DNA of 64,000 nucleotides from Actinomycetes bacterium (GCA_021838445.1 JAKCDU010000010.1:386-64385), one strand, 5' to 3'. Shown: positions 9,947-19,183, counted from the stretch's first letter. Program-made: numbers and translations. Notes: a model not told the origin generated them from the letters alone.

Positions 9947-10384
9947 TCACGAGCCGAATCGCAAACTCTCACAAATTCCCACGGCCATGGAGGCCCGGTC
10001 CTCGGAGTCGTCAGCGGGCCAGATGATGTGGACGAGGACCACCTCACCGGCTCTTGCCATGACAACCACCACCGCGTCCACCAATTCGCCGGTCACCGTC
10101 TGGAACTTGACGCGAGCAGCTCTCGCCTCGTTAGCTCCGACGATGGGAACCGCTCCCATGATCGCTACGTCGGCACCGCGCTCGACGCTGAGAGTGCCGA
10201 GGTTGGTCGCCATGACCAGATCGGCCGCCTCTGCGCATCCCTCTGCCTCCTCGGGAGGCAACACTGCCTGGGCCATGACGTACGTACCGTCGGGTGCCAT
10301 CCACCGCCGTCTGCCGCCGTCGTCGTCGCCCAGCGATGCGAACTCAGCCGGCAATTCCAAGATGATCTCGTCGACTCCGCTCAC
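9947..10384 (-). CDS. Hypothetical acidic 145-aa protein, translationally coupled to the WXG-fusion gene (candidate chaperone or immunity partner)
   Basis: Its GTG start at 10384 overlaps the TGA stop (10381-10383) of the upstream gene, giving GTGA. There is no signal peptide or TM segment, and I recognise no motif. Confidence 0.6.
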   Translation of the reverse strand: MSGVDEIILELPAEFASLGDDDGGRRRWMAPDGTYVMAQAVLPPEEAEGCAEAADLVMATNLGTLSVERGADVAIMGAVPIVGANEARAARVKFQTVTGELVDAVVVVMARAGEVVLVHIIWPADDSEDRASMAVGICESLRFGS

Positions 10385-11982
10385 TGCGGTTGCACCGCCA
10401 CGTAATCACCGTTGGGTGGCTTGACGTAGATGCTGTTGTAGCTGACGTTGGTATCCGAGACGCTGACCGAACCGACCCCGAAACCGACACCGGCTTGGTG
10501 GCCGCTCGACGTCCCCTTCTCGACGACCACGGTCGACGCGTCGTAAAGCTGGTGATACGCCTGAGTAGCCCCAGCGGAGTTGCCCGTCTGCAGGTCCTCG
10601 ACAAGCCTCGCCGCCGCAGCCGCATTCTGCGGGTTGCTCAGGTCGACGGTCATCTTGAAGCTTCCGGCAGCACCCTGCAGGTCGGGGGGAGGAGCCAGCT
10701 GGCTGACCACGCCAGGAAGGTCAGTTACGGTCCCCTCGGCGGTGAATTTGCCCGACAGGGTAAAGTTGGACATCTGGTTGTCGGGTCCCCAGGTGACTGC
10801 CGCCGACACATCGCCAGACGCTGCTCCAGCAAAAGGCCCCATTCCGGCATAGCCACTGCCCGACGCCGACACAGTCGCGGTAGTGGTGTCCTGCACCGTG
10901 TCATGGGAGATCGAGGCTCCGGCCTGAATGCTCGCCGTGGCCCCGTCCATAGCCCCGTACCCGGGGCCAACCGACACACTGGCCTTATCGCTCAGCGTGC
11001 CGCTGACCACATTCGACGTCAGATCGCCCTTGTAGCCACCGAGATATTGAGCCACCTGTGTCGACAGCACAGCGGCGGGACCAGTCCCAAAGACGGGAAG
11101 ATAGCCGATATCCTGCCAGCCCAGCTGAGGCGTAGCCGCGTGGAGCAGGCCCCTCTCGAAGGCCTTGGCCTGAGCCATATTGGCAAACGTGTACGTTGCC
11201 GCGTCACCGACTCCCGCGGTGGCGGAAGCCGAGGCTCCGGCAGCCGTTCCATCCCACTGCACTCCCACACCTCCATACACCTTGCCACCAACTTGTACCG
11301 AGACTGATCCGTCGGCGTTGGTCGTCTGGACGAACTTCAAGTTGCCTCCCCCGACTACGACTTCACCGGCCTGGGCCGAAACCGACATCGTGGAGCGCTT
11401 GACCGGGATACTACTGTCCATCTCACGGGCCATCGCCGCACTGACCTGCTTGCGGGCCGATGAAGGCAGCCCTCGAAGCGCAAGCAAAGACGCCGGTGCC
11501 AGCGCCTCGAGCTGGCTCTGCTCTGTGGGAGACAAGGAACTCCACCAAGCGGCTTGCTCTGCCGGGCTTTTACCCATTTGGCTCTGTACGAGCTTCTGAT
11601 CGGCGGCCAGGATAGGGCTCGCCAGGCTGAGCAAGCCCAGCATCATTCCCGCAGTCGGCCCAAATCCCGAGCCGACCATGCCCTGGCCAATCGATACAAG
11701 ACCGGTCAGTGAGGCCGCCGAGCTGGCCTTGACCTGCTGAGCAGCTTTGGCCCTGAGGTAGGAGGAACACGCGTCGAGGGAGCTGGCCGCCCTGGCTATT
11801 GACGGAGCCCACTGGTTGCTCCAGTCGGAGCGAAAGCGGTCGGCCTCCGGACCGTGCCACTGGGCTGCGAGGAGGGTACGAGTGATACCGACCCGGACGT
11901 TTTGCAGGCTCTGGCTCGACACGACGAACCGTTGGGCCAGAGCATCGAGCTCGGTGGGATCAGCACCGATGAAGGAGGACAA
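10381..11982 (-). CDS. WXG100-domain fusion protein (N-terminal WXG100 fold, a hydrophobic segment and a G/S/T/V-rich beta-rich C-terminal domain); putative T7SS substrate or effector
   Basis: TTG start at 11982 with GAGGTAA 6 nt upstream. Residues 1-95 align along their full length with the adjacent 93-aa WXG100 protein (MSSFIGADPTELDALAQRF.., AQWHGPEADRF, SYLRAKAAQQ). The hydrophobic stretch is GLVSIGQGMVGSGFGPTAGMMLGLLSLASPILAA. The C-terminal ~330 aa carry no catalytic motif I recognise. Confidence 0.8.
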   Translation of the reverse strand: MSSFIGADPTELDALAQRFVVSSQSLQNVRVGITRTLLAAQWHGPEADRFRSDWSNQWAPSIARAASSLDACSSYLRAKAAQQVKASSAASLTGLVSIGQGMVGSGFGPTAGMMLGLLSLASPILAADQKLVQSQMGKSPAEQAAWWSSLSPTEQSQLEALAPASLLALRGLPSSARKQVSAAMAREMDSSIPVKRSTMSVSAQAGEVVVGGGNLKFVQTTNADGSVSVQVGGKVYGGVGVQWDGTAAGASASATAGVGDAATYTFANMAQAKAFERGLLHAATPQLGWQDIGYLPVFGTGPAAVLSTQVAQYLGGYKGDLTSNVVSGTLSDKASVSVGPGYGAMDGATASIQAGASISHDTVQDTTTATVSASGSGYAGMGPFAGAASGDVSAAVTWGPDNQMSNFTLSGKFTAEGTVTDLPGVVSQLAPPPDLQGAAGSFKMTVDLSNPQNAAAAARLVEDLQTGNSAGATQAYHQLYDASTVVVEKGTSSGHQAGVGFGVGSVSVSDTNVSYNSIYVKPPNGDYVAVQPQ

Positions 11983-12103
11983 GTTGCTTACCTCAGCTTT
12001 CGTTCACAGGTAGAGATCCGCCAGCGGCACCCGCTGTCGAACGCAGGTGCCGCCGGCTCGACCAGTCGGCTCTGCCGCTCCGCCGGAGGTCCCATCCGGT
12101 GCC

Positions 12104-12385
12104 TCAGACTGACGAACCTCCAGCCGACGAAGCTTGCTCCTGCTGCTGTACCTTCTGCATCAGGTACTGCTGCTCCTGTTCGAGGACCTGAGCGACTCCC
12201 CGCAGCGACGCCACGTGGGTTCCATTCCACTCACCGGAGAACTGCTGCTGGTCAGGGCCGACCCACTGGGTGGTGCTCAGGGCCGACGTGATGGTCTGGA
12301 TGATGCTGTTGATTTGGCTGGCAGCCGAGTTGAACTGGTGAGCGAGGCTGGTTACCTCGCCGGGATCCATTCCCAGGAATGACAT
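12104..12385 (-). CDS. WXG100 family protein (EsxA-like small T7SS substrate)
   Basis: 93 aa with a helix-turn-helix pattern and a central W-x-G (TQWVGPDQQQF). ATG at 12385 has AGGAG 9 nt upstream. The gene lies 61 nt downstream of the FtsK/EssC-type ATPase gene. Confidence 0.85.
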   Translation of the reverse strand: MSFLGMDPGEVTSLAHQFNSAASQINSIIQTITSALSTTQWVGPDQQQFSGEWNGTHVASLRGVAQVLEQEQQYLMQKVQQQEQASSAGGSSV

Positions 12386-12446
12386 TCTCTTGTTCTCCTA
12401 ACCCTGGTTCCAATTTTCTCATGTACGTGGACTGTTTTGCGGCTGA

Positions 12447-15400
12447 TCAGAATGTAGGGTCGATTCCCCCTTTCGACAACGGGGAGAAGTCCCCACCCGA
12501 GGATCCGTCCGCCAATGCGACCTGCACAACCTCGCAGCGACCACTGCGGCTAACCAAGAGCCCTCTGCCCGCCGAGAAATCGGAACGCCGCGACCTGGGG
12601 AACTGGGCTCGCAAGATGGCCCCGTCGAGCTGTTCGGGCTGCAATATCAGCCCTGACCTCCCGCTTCGAACGGCCATTATCAGCGGGAAAGTCGAGCTCA
12701 TGGTACTTGTCTCACCCTCAGCGATTACCAGGTGTCCTCCGGAGACAAGCTTCTTCACCATTTCCTGGAGGGCGAAGTCAGCAGTTCCACCCAGCAGTTC
12801 GGGAACCGCCTCTATGAACACGGCAGCAACACTCCTCGGGCTGCTTCCGGACCCGGACCGACCCAGGAGGTCAGGCAGCCGGTTGGCCAAAGCCATGATT
12901 TGATCATCGGTCTGGGCTTTCTCCTCCCATCCCTGCCAGTCGGGGAGATCCGAAGCTGTCTGTCCCATGTAAAACATGCGAACACCGCTGTGCCACCTGC
13001 GCAGCGAGACCGCCAACGTCAGTAGCGTCTCCGAGCGCCCGCTGAGAGGCGGCCCGGCGACGACGAAGGTGCCTGCCGCCTCGAACGGCACCGCAGCCAG
13101 AGTCGCTCCTGACAGTCCGACCACCGGCATTCCCCCTACCTCGGTCGGCAGATCTGCGAGCTTCACCTGCTCAGCCAAACGCTCGATGCGACGGGCGGGT
13201 CCTATTCCTGCTTCGCGCATCGACTCCGCGAAACGCTCGACAGCCTTCGCCTGATTCACGACATCGGCCTTACCTCCGAGAACTGCCACCTGGATTTCGG
13301 ATTCACTGAGCAATCCGCGCCCGGGGGGACTCTTGGCATCGAGTACGTCGGGTGGGAGGCCGGCCAGTACGTAGTCAGAGGGATCAGCCAGACGCAGCAC
13401 CACCCGCCGCTGCACCTGAGTGGCCAGGGTAGTGGGCATGGCCCCCATCCGGTCGGCGGTCAAAATCACATGCACTCCGACCGGCCGCCCGTCGGCGGCG
13501 ATACCGATGAACGCCTCTAGGAGCCGGTTGTGCTCTGTTGCCTCGAAGGCCGATCGCATCGCTCCCATGCCGTCGACCAGTACGAGGATGCGGGCCTCGT
13601 CATGGACACCTGTCAGGCGACGGTAATCGGTGATCGTGCCAGCATTCGCCTGGGAGTAGAGAGCCGCCCGTTGGTCGATGGTCGTCCGCAGCATCTGCAG
13701 CAGGCGGGTGATCCTCTCCGTGTCGGATCCCGAGATGATGCTGCCGACGTGAGGGAGGCCGTCCAGCATCTGTAGCCCGCGAGCACCGAAGTCGATACCG
13801 TAAACAGCACACGGGCCACCCCGCACGGTGAAGCCGGCAGCTATGGCCAGCGTGCGGAGAAACGTGCTCTTTCCCGCCCCCCCGGTTCCGAGGACGGCCA
13901 TGTTCCCGTCCTGATCGGGGTAGAAGGCCACCGTCGGCTGAGCTTGGTTCTCCGGGTCGTCACGCACCCCGAACACGAGCACATCATCTCGACGAGGTGA
14001 TGGCAGCCTGGCCAGGTCGTACACAGCTGCCAGTTCGTTGAGCCATGGGATTCGGGGATCATCTATCTCTGCGGCCCGGTGTGCTTCGCAAATGTTGGCC
14101 ACGATGCGCTGGATGTCCGTAGGGCCGAGGTCATCGGAGACGTCATTGGCGACCGACGGAGGTGGCTCGATGGTCCGAGCTGGAGAGAATCCGAAGGTGG
14201 ACACCTCCAAGCGCGGCAGGGGCTCACGGTCGCTGGTCCAACCTCCGACGTAGGCCGACTGGAAGGGGATCAGCTTGGAGGGCCCGGTGCGGGACACGGC
14301 CCGGCCTGGCACCCCCGGATCGAACGCCGCCGCTTCTGCGCTACCGAGAACATCGGTGCTGTCGCCCTCATCGGCCATTCTGAGGGCCAACCTCAGGTTG
14401 GTGTTCGCCCGCAGATTGTCCTTGATGACTCCAGCGGGGCGCTGCGTGGCCAGGATCAGGTGGAGCCCAAGAGACCGACCCCGCTGCGCCACGTCGACCA
14501 CACCGTCGACGAACTCGGGAACTTCGCCAACGAGGGCTGCGAACTCGTCTACGACGATGATGAGACTAGGAGGCGCCTCGGGGTCGCTCAGACGCTCTAG
14601 CTCCAAGAGGTCCTTGGCCCGCTTGCGATGGAGTATCTGCTCTCGGTGACGGAGCTCAGCTTTTAGCGATGTGAGTGCCCGGCGCACCAGATGGGGACTG
14701 AGGTCGGTTACCAGTCCAACGGTGTGCGGAAGATGAACGCAATCGCTGAAGGCCGAGCCTCCCTTGTAGTCGACAAGAAGGAACGTAACTCGCTGCGGAC
14801 TGTTGGCCACTGCCATTCCGAGGATCCAGGACTGGAGAAGCTCGCTCTTACCCGATCCGGTGGTGCCTCCCACCAGGGCGTGTGGCCCATTGGCACGAAG
14901 GTCCAGTACGTGGGGTCCGGCGACGGAGGCGCCTACCACCGCTCTCAGGGTCCCAGGTCGACGGATTACCGAACCGGCTGCGTAAGGTCCCGTGAGGATG
15001 GAGTTGCTCTGCTTCCACTTATCGAGCACAGCTTCGGGGAGGGTGGCCAGGTCCGACCCGGACAGCGTCAGCAGGGAGACCGACCGCGGCAGATCCCCCT
15101 GGGCGTCGTCAGATGCCGACGCGTCAGTCACCGGAGAGAGAGAGCAGGCCACGCTGAAGGCCGTCTCTTCGGTCAAGGTCTCCACTTGAAGCGGTTCAAT
15201 GGTCGAACCACCTCGAACGAAGCCCGCCCGGCTCGCCTCTGCATCGATCTGGATCTCTACAAAGGTCCGGCACGCAGCCGGCAACTCGCTAACAGCCGAC
15301 GACAACCACAAGACGTGAACCCCTACCGCCGCTCCTCGGTCGGCAACGCTGACGGCGCGGCTGCGGTCCACAGGGGCGTCGTCTTCGATGACTAGGAGCA

Positions 15401-16886
15401 CCGCCGGCACAGCATTCGCAGTGTGATCACTCCGCGCCGCCATCCTCTCCTCGATCAGCCGATCCAGATCGGCGAGTAGGACGGCGCAACCCTCCTGGCT
15501 CGACGACAGCGGAAACGCTCCGGTTGGGGCCTGGGCAGCCAGGCAGTGAGGCAGCCACTTGAGCCATTCCCAGCTGACCGCCGAACGTCCCGAGGCGCAG
15601 CTGGCAATGCTGAGGTCGGCCGGAGAGTGCAAGCAGACAGCCTGGACCACCAGGGCGCGAGCGATTCCCAATGCCTGCGGTCGGGGTCCGGCGACTCCAA
15701 TAGCGGATTCTCGCAGCGAAGCCACTACGGGAACCCCATCCACCTCGGCGAAGGAGCGCAGGACGTCCTCCATCTCCCGCCACAGCAGCCGGTTGTTGTG
15801 AGCACCCCCGATCTTGGTGTCGATGGTGACACGCGAGGGTTGGCATCCCAGGCCGAGTCGCAGTTCGAACATGCGCGGCAAGTCTGACCAGCGGCTCCAG
15901 AGCAAGGGAAGTCGTTGGTGGGCGGCCATCACGCACTCGTCGGTCGCTGGATGGTCCCGCCGGCGGCTGGATACCTCGTCTGCTTGGGCATTGCGTATGT
16001 CCTCCGAGAGGGCCTGCAGGTCCTCCCGGAACTGACTGAGTGCAGCTTCGTAGCTGCGCTTGCCTACCGACCGGTTCTCGATTGAGTTGGCCACCATCAT
16101 CAAGGGGCTGAGTGCGATGAAGGTGAGCGAGGCTACGTTGTGTGTTGAGAGGTAGAGCACAATGCCCATGATCAGGGGCATGAAGAGCGGGACGATCGGG
16201 AACCGCTGACCCTTCTGGGGCTCAGGTGGCTGGGGCGCGGTGAAGGCTCTGTCAGAGTCGGAGAGCTCGACTCGGGGTGATCGGTTGAAGGCCATTACCG
16301 TCGGCTCAGAGAAGCCTTTGACTGATATCAGCTGAGCGACGGTGAGTACAGTGTCGCCCAGGCGAACCCGATCAGTTCCGCTCACCACTACCTTGTCGCT
16401 GGCTTCGTCGCCGATCAGTAGCCCGTTGGCCGATCCCAGATCGATCATTTCTATGGAGCTGCCGACGTGGATGCGAGCGTGGTAGCGCGAGACCATCGGG
16501 TCAGTGAGCCGTACCTGGCAATTTCGGTCTCGACCGATCGAGCTGGTCCCCGCAGCCAGAGGGAACTCCTTTCCCACATCTGGACCTTCGACCACCTTGA
16601 CGACGGCGACTGCCTCTGCTGCTGAAGGGGCGTTCGAACGAGGATGGGCTGCTGTCAGCCGAATGGCTGATCCTGAGCAAATCCCACTGTCGACGAGCAA
16701 CGTCTCAGGGCCGATTTCGCGTCCGGGCTGCACCGTGACTGTTGCCTGACCTTCGAGCCGATGCGCGCCGTCGTCGCCGACGAACGATATTCGATGGGCC
16801 AGCGCGCCGACTGTCGTCGACGCGTCGGCGTCCACGAGCAGGTCCAGGTTGCCGACCAGCCGTTCGAGGCGGAGCTTCAGTCTCAT
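12447..16886 (-). CDS. FtsK/SpoIIIE-family type VII secretion ATPase (EssC/EccC-like) with an N-terminal beta-grasp-like domain plus an FHA domain
   Basis: I moved the start to ATG 16886 (MRLKLRLERLVGNLDLLVD). It overlaps the upstream TGA as ATGA at 16883-16886. FHA region: SIGRDRNCQVRLTDPMVSRYHARIHV..GSANGLLI. Two TM helices: FPIVPLFMPLIMGIVLYL and SLTFIALSPLMMVANSI. Three P-loops: GGTTGSGKSE, GTGGAGKST and a degenerate GPPLSGRSE. Walker B: LIIVVDEFA. Confidence 0.9.
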   Translation of the reverse strand: MRLKLRLERLVGNLDLLVDADASTTVGALAHRISFVGDDGAHRLEGQATVTVQPGREIGPETLLVDSGICSGSAIRLTAAHPRSNAPSAAEAVAVVKVVEGPDVGKEFPLAAGTSSIGRDRNCQVRLTDPMVSRYHARIHVGSSIEMIDLGSANGLLIGDEASDKVVVSGTDRVRLGDTVLTVAQLISVKGFSEPTVMAFNRSPRVELSDSDRAFTAPQPPEPQKGQRFPIVPLFMPLIMGIVLYLSTHNVASLTFIALSPLMMVANSIENRSVGKRSYEAALSQFREDLQALSEDIRNAQADEVSSRRRDHPATDECVMAAHQRLPLLWSRWSDLPRMFELRLGLGCQPSRVTIDTKIGGAHNNRLLWREMEDVLRSFAEVDGVPVVASLRESAIGVAGPRPQALGIARALVVQAVCLHSPADLSIASCASGRSAVSWEWLKWLPHCLAAQAPTGAFPLSSSQEGCAVLLADLDRLIEERMAARSDHTANAVPAVLLVIEDDAPVDRSRAVSVADRGAAVGVHVLWLSSAVSELPAACRTFVEIQIDAEASRAGFVRGGSTIEPLQVETLTEETAFSVACSLSPVTDASASDDAQGDLPRSVSLLTLSGSDLATLPEAVLDKWKQSNSILTGPYAAGSVIRRPGTLRAVVGASVAGPHVLDLRANGPHALVGGTTGSGKSELLQSWILGMAVANSPQRVTFLLVDYKGGSAFSDCVHLPHTVGLVTDLSPHLVRRALTSLKAELRHREQILHRKRAKDLLELERLSDPEAPPSLIIVVDEFAALVGEVPEFVDGVVDVAQRGRSLGLHLILATQRPAGVIKDNLRANTNLRLALRMADEGDSTDVLGSAEAAAFDPGVPGRAVSRTGPSKLIPFQSAYVGGWTSDREPLPRLEVSTFGFSPARTIEPPPSVANDVSDDLGPTDIQRIVANICEAHRAAEIDDPRIPWLNELAAVYDLARLPSPRRDDVLVFGVRDDPENQAQPTVAFYPDQDGNMAVLGTGGAGKSTFLRTLAIAAGFTVRGGPCAVYGIDFGARGLQMLDGLPHVGSIISGSDTERITRLLQMLRTTIDQRAALYSQANAGTITDYRRLTGVHDEARILVLVDGMGAMRSAFEATEHNRLLEAFIGIAADGRPVGVHVILTADRMGAMPTTLATQVQRRVVLRLADPSDYVLAGLPPDVLDAKSPPGRGLLSESEIQVAVLGGKADVVNQAKAVERFAESMREAGIGPARRIERLAEQVKLADLPTEVGGMPVVGLSGATLAAVPFEAAGTFVVAGPPLSGRSETLLTLAVSLRRWHSGVRMFYMGQTASDLPDWQGWEEKAQTDDQIMALANRLPDLLGRSGSGSSPRSVAAVFIEAVPELLGGTADFALQEMVKKLVSGGHLVIAEGETSTMSSTFPLIMAVRSGRSGLILQPEQLDGAILRAQFPRSRRSDFSAGRGLLVSRSGRCEVVQVALADGSSGGDFSPLSKGGIDPTF

Positions 16887-19183
16887 GCCACTCCCATCCC
16901 TGCGACGAATGAACGAAGGCTTACCCTCGCCTGCCAACGCCTCCTGAGGCTCGAGCCGGATCCCACCTGGCGGGCCGCCTGTTCGATGGACGACCAATAG
17001 TCGGCTACCTCGGATTCGGAAGGATCACCCGGGCCGAATATCGAGGCATCACCCCGACGGGCCAGATCCAACAGGTCGACGACTTCCACGCTGGACGCCT
17101 GCTCGGCCCGGGTCCGGTCGCCGGGCACGGCCACTCCGAGGTCCCGACAGCGGTCCATCAGCTCGCTCCAGGCTCCCGCCACCCGTCCGGCCGGGGTCGG
17201 GGCTCGACGGCGGCGGCGACGTCGCCGGGCCTTCATACCGACCATCAAAGCGGTGAAGGCCACGACGGCGGCGAGCACCGCTCCCACTACGGTGGCCGTG
17301 GTCACCACCCACGCCGGAATGTGGCTGCGGTGCACCACCGGCGGGGCGAAGTGCGAGGACGATCCGCTGGCCGCTCCCGGTAGCCCCCCTTGCAGCGGGG
17401 AATGGAGGGCGGACGCAACGGGCGGCTGGACAGGGGCGGCGCTGGGCTGGTTGGGAGCCGGCTTGGGGGGCGTCTGGTGGGCCTTGCGGGACGGGTTCAT
17501 GAACGACGAGACGTAGATGGGCTGCCACCCGAGGCCCGACAAGTCGACCTCGACCCAGGGCTGGACATCGGCACCCCTCACCACCCCGCCGGCCCCTACC
17601 GTGGCCCCGAGCACGACCCTGGCGGGGACGCCAACGGAGTTGGCCATGAGGGCAAGGGTGGCGGCGTACTGCTCCCCGTCCCCGACTATCTCGGAGCCCA
17701 CCAGGCCGCCGCCCTGCAGGAACCGCGCTAGTCGCCCGTTGCTGTGGCCGGCAACCGACAGCGGAGGGTTCTCGAGACCGTCGCTGAAGTAGCCGGTGGT
17801 GCGCAGATGGGTGGCGATGGCCATCACCCGGGCGTAGGGGCCCTTGGCGTCGGCCGCCCAGGTGCTGGCGTCAGCCTGAACCACAGAAGGGGCGTTCTCC
17901 ACCGGAATCTGTGCTGTCCCGGGCGCGGCGCCGTCGAGGACCTGGGTCGAGCTGACCGGACTGGGAACGGACGCGGTCAAGCTGTAGGTGTCGCCGGCCG
18001 ACAGCCCAAGGGGGACGGCTGCCGTCTCGGTGTCGGTGTCATAGCGGAACGAGGCGGCCAGGCGGGCCGAGGCGGGTCCGGAGAAGGAGATGTGGGACAG
18101 CTCGCCGACCTCGGGAAGCCACGTGCCGTCGAGGCGGCCGACCACCACCTTGGCGTGCACAGGCCGGCCGGCGGCGGCTGTCTGTATGGTGGTGCCGTAG
18201 CGGCGGAACACGTCGCCGGAGGTCCTGGCCGAACCGGTGTCGGCCCCGAAGCCCCACGCCAGCCCGTTGTAGGCGTCCATGGTGGCGATACGGACCTCGC
18301 TACCCGGCGCCAGTCCGCTCACGGTGAAGAGGGTCTGGTCGTAGAGCGGGCTCTGCCGCACGTACTGGCGGAACCCCGCGAGGGGGCTCGGCTCCTGGTT
18401 GGCCAGGAAAGGCGGCGATACGTACGTGGAGAGCACCACCCGTGGATGGCTACCCGCCCCCGGCAGGTGCGGCCCGACTATCCCGGCCAGCAGACCGACG
18501 ACGGCGAGAACCCCGCCGGACAGAACGAAGCGGTCCCGGTTGAACCGGCGCCCCGCCAGCATCACCCGAGTGCGCTGGTAGCGCAACACCGTCCACACCA
18601 GGGCCAGAACACCGAACAGAGAGCCCTGCAGAAGCAGGGATTCGGGTTGGCGAGCCCCGAAGAGGATACCGAGGGCCAGGACCATGCCTGGGCCGAGCAG
18701 CGGCGCCGCCACCGCTCTGGTACGCCGGGCCAGACTCTGGCCGGCGACCCCCCCTACCAGCCCGGCGATGTAGGGGATGGCCAGTAGGTCAGAGGCGCTG
18801 CCCACCGGCGGGGCGGTGGTGAGCAACTCCTTCCAGCCGTAGACACCGACATGACCGAGAGTGGTGATGCTGTGAGCGGAGGGGATCAGGGCCCCCACGG
18901 TGTTGGTGGCCCCGCCGAGAAGCAGGAAGGCCAAGACGGTGACCGCGGCCTCGGTCAGGACCGGTTGGCGCAACCTCCCGGCCAACTCGGTGATGGCCAC
19001 GCCCAGCAGCACCCCCGCCCCGCCCGCGACCAGGTAGGCATCACCGCCGTAGACCGGAGCGAAGCCGATCAAGCCGAGACCGCTCAGCACCATCACAAAG
19101 GCGGCATCGACCGCCGCCGGTTGCGGTCGGCTCCAGATCGTGGTCCGCCGGCCCGCCGCGCGAGCGGCAGCGACGGCCGTCAT
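16883..19183 (-). CDS. Transglutaminase-like multi-pass membrane protein (TgpA/DUF3488-like) whose catalytic triad appears substituted
   Basis: The ATG at 19183 (MTAVAAARAAGRRTTIW) overlaps the upstream TGA (ATGA, 19180-19183). The 154 Arg-rich codons of the longer ORF lie inside the DUF58 gene. About six N-terminal TM helices. The TGase-core-like segment is GDGEQYAATLALMANSVGVPARVVLG ... QPWVEV ... GWQPIYV. A late TM helix is followed by an RRRRRRRR stop-transfer and a cytoplasmic tail. Confidence 0.8.
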   Translation of the reverse strand: MTAVAAARAAGRRTTIWSRPQPAAVDAAFVMVLSGLGLIGFAPVYGGDAYLVAGGAGVLLGVAITELAGRLRQPVLTEAAVTVLAFLLLGGATNTVGALIPSAHSITTLGHVGVYGWKELLTTAPPVGSASDLLAIPYIAGLVGGVAGQSLARRTRAVAAPLLGPGMVLALGILFGARQPESLLLQGSLFGVLALVWTVLRYQRTRVMLAGRRFNRDRFVLSGGVLAVVGLLAGIVGPHLPGAGSHPRVVLSTYVSPPFLANQEPSPLAGFRQYVRQSPLYDQTLFTVSGLAPGSEVRIATMDAYNGLAWGFGADTGSARTSGDVFRRYGTTIQTAAAGRPVHAKVVVGRLDGTWLPEVGELSHISFSGPASARLAASFRYDTDTETAAVPLGLSAGDTYSLTASVPSPVSSTQVLDGAAPGTAQIPVENAPSVVQADASTWAADAKGPYARVMAIATHLRTTGYFSDGLENPPLSVAGHSNGRLARFLQGGGLVGSEIVGDGEQYAATLALMANSVGVPARVVLGATVGAGGVVRGADVQPWVEVDLSGLGWQPIYVSSFMNPSRKAHQTPPKPAPNQPSAAPVQPPVASALHSPLQGGLPGAASGSSSHFAPPVVHRSHIPAWVVTTATVVGAVLAAVVAFTALMVGMKARRRRRRRRAPTPAGRVAGAWSELMDRCRDLGVAVPGDRTRAEQASSVEVVDLLDLARRGDASIFGPGDPSESEVADYWSSIEQAARQVGSGSSLRRRWQARVSLRSFVAGMGVA

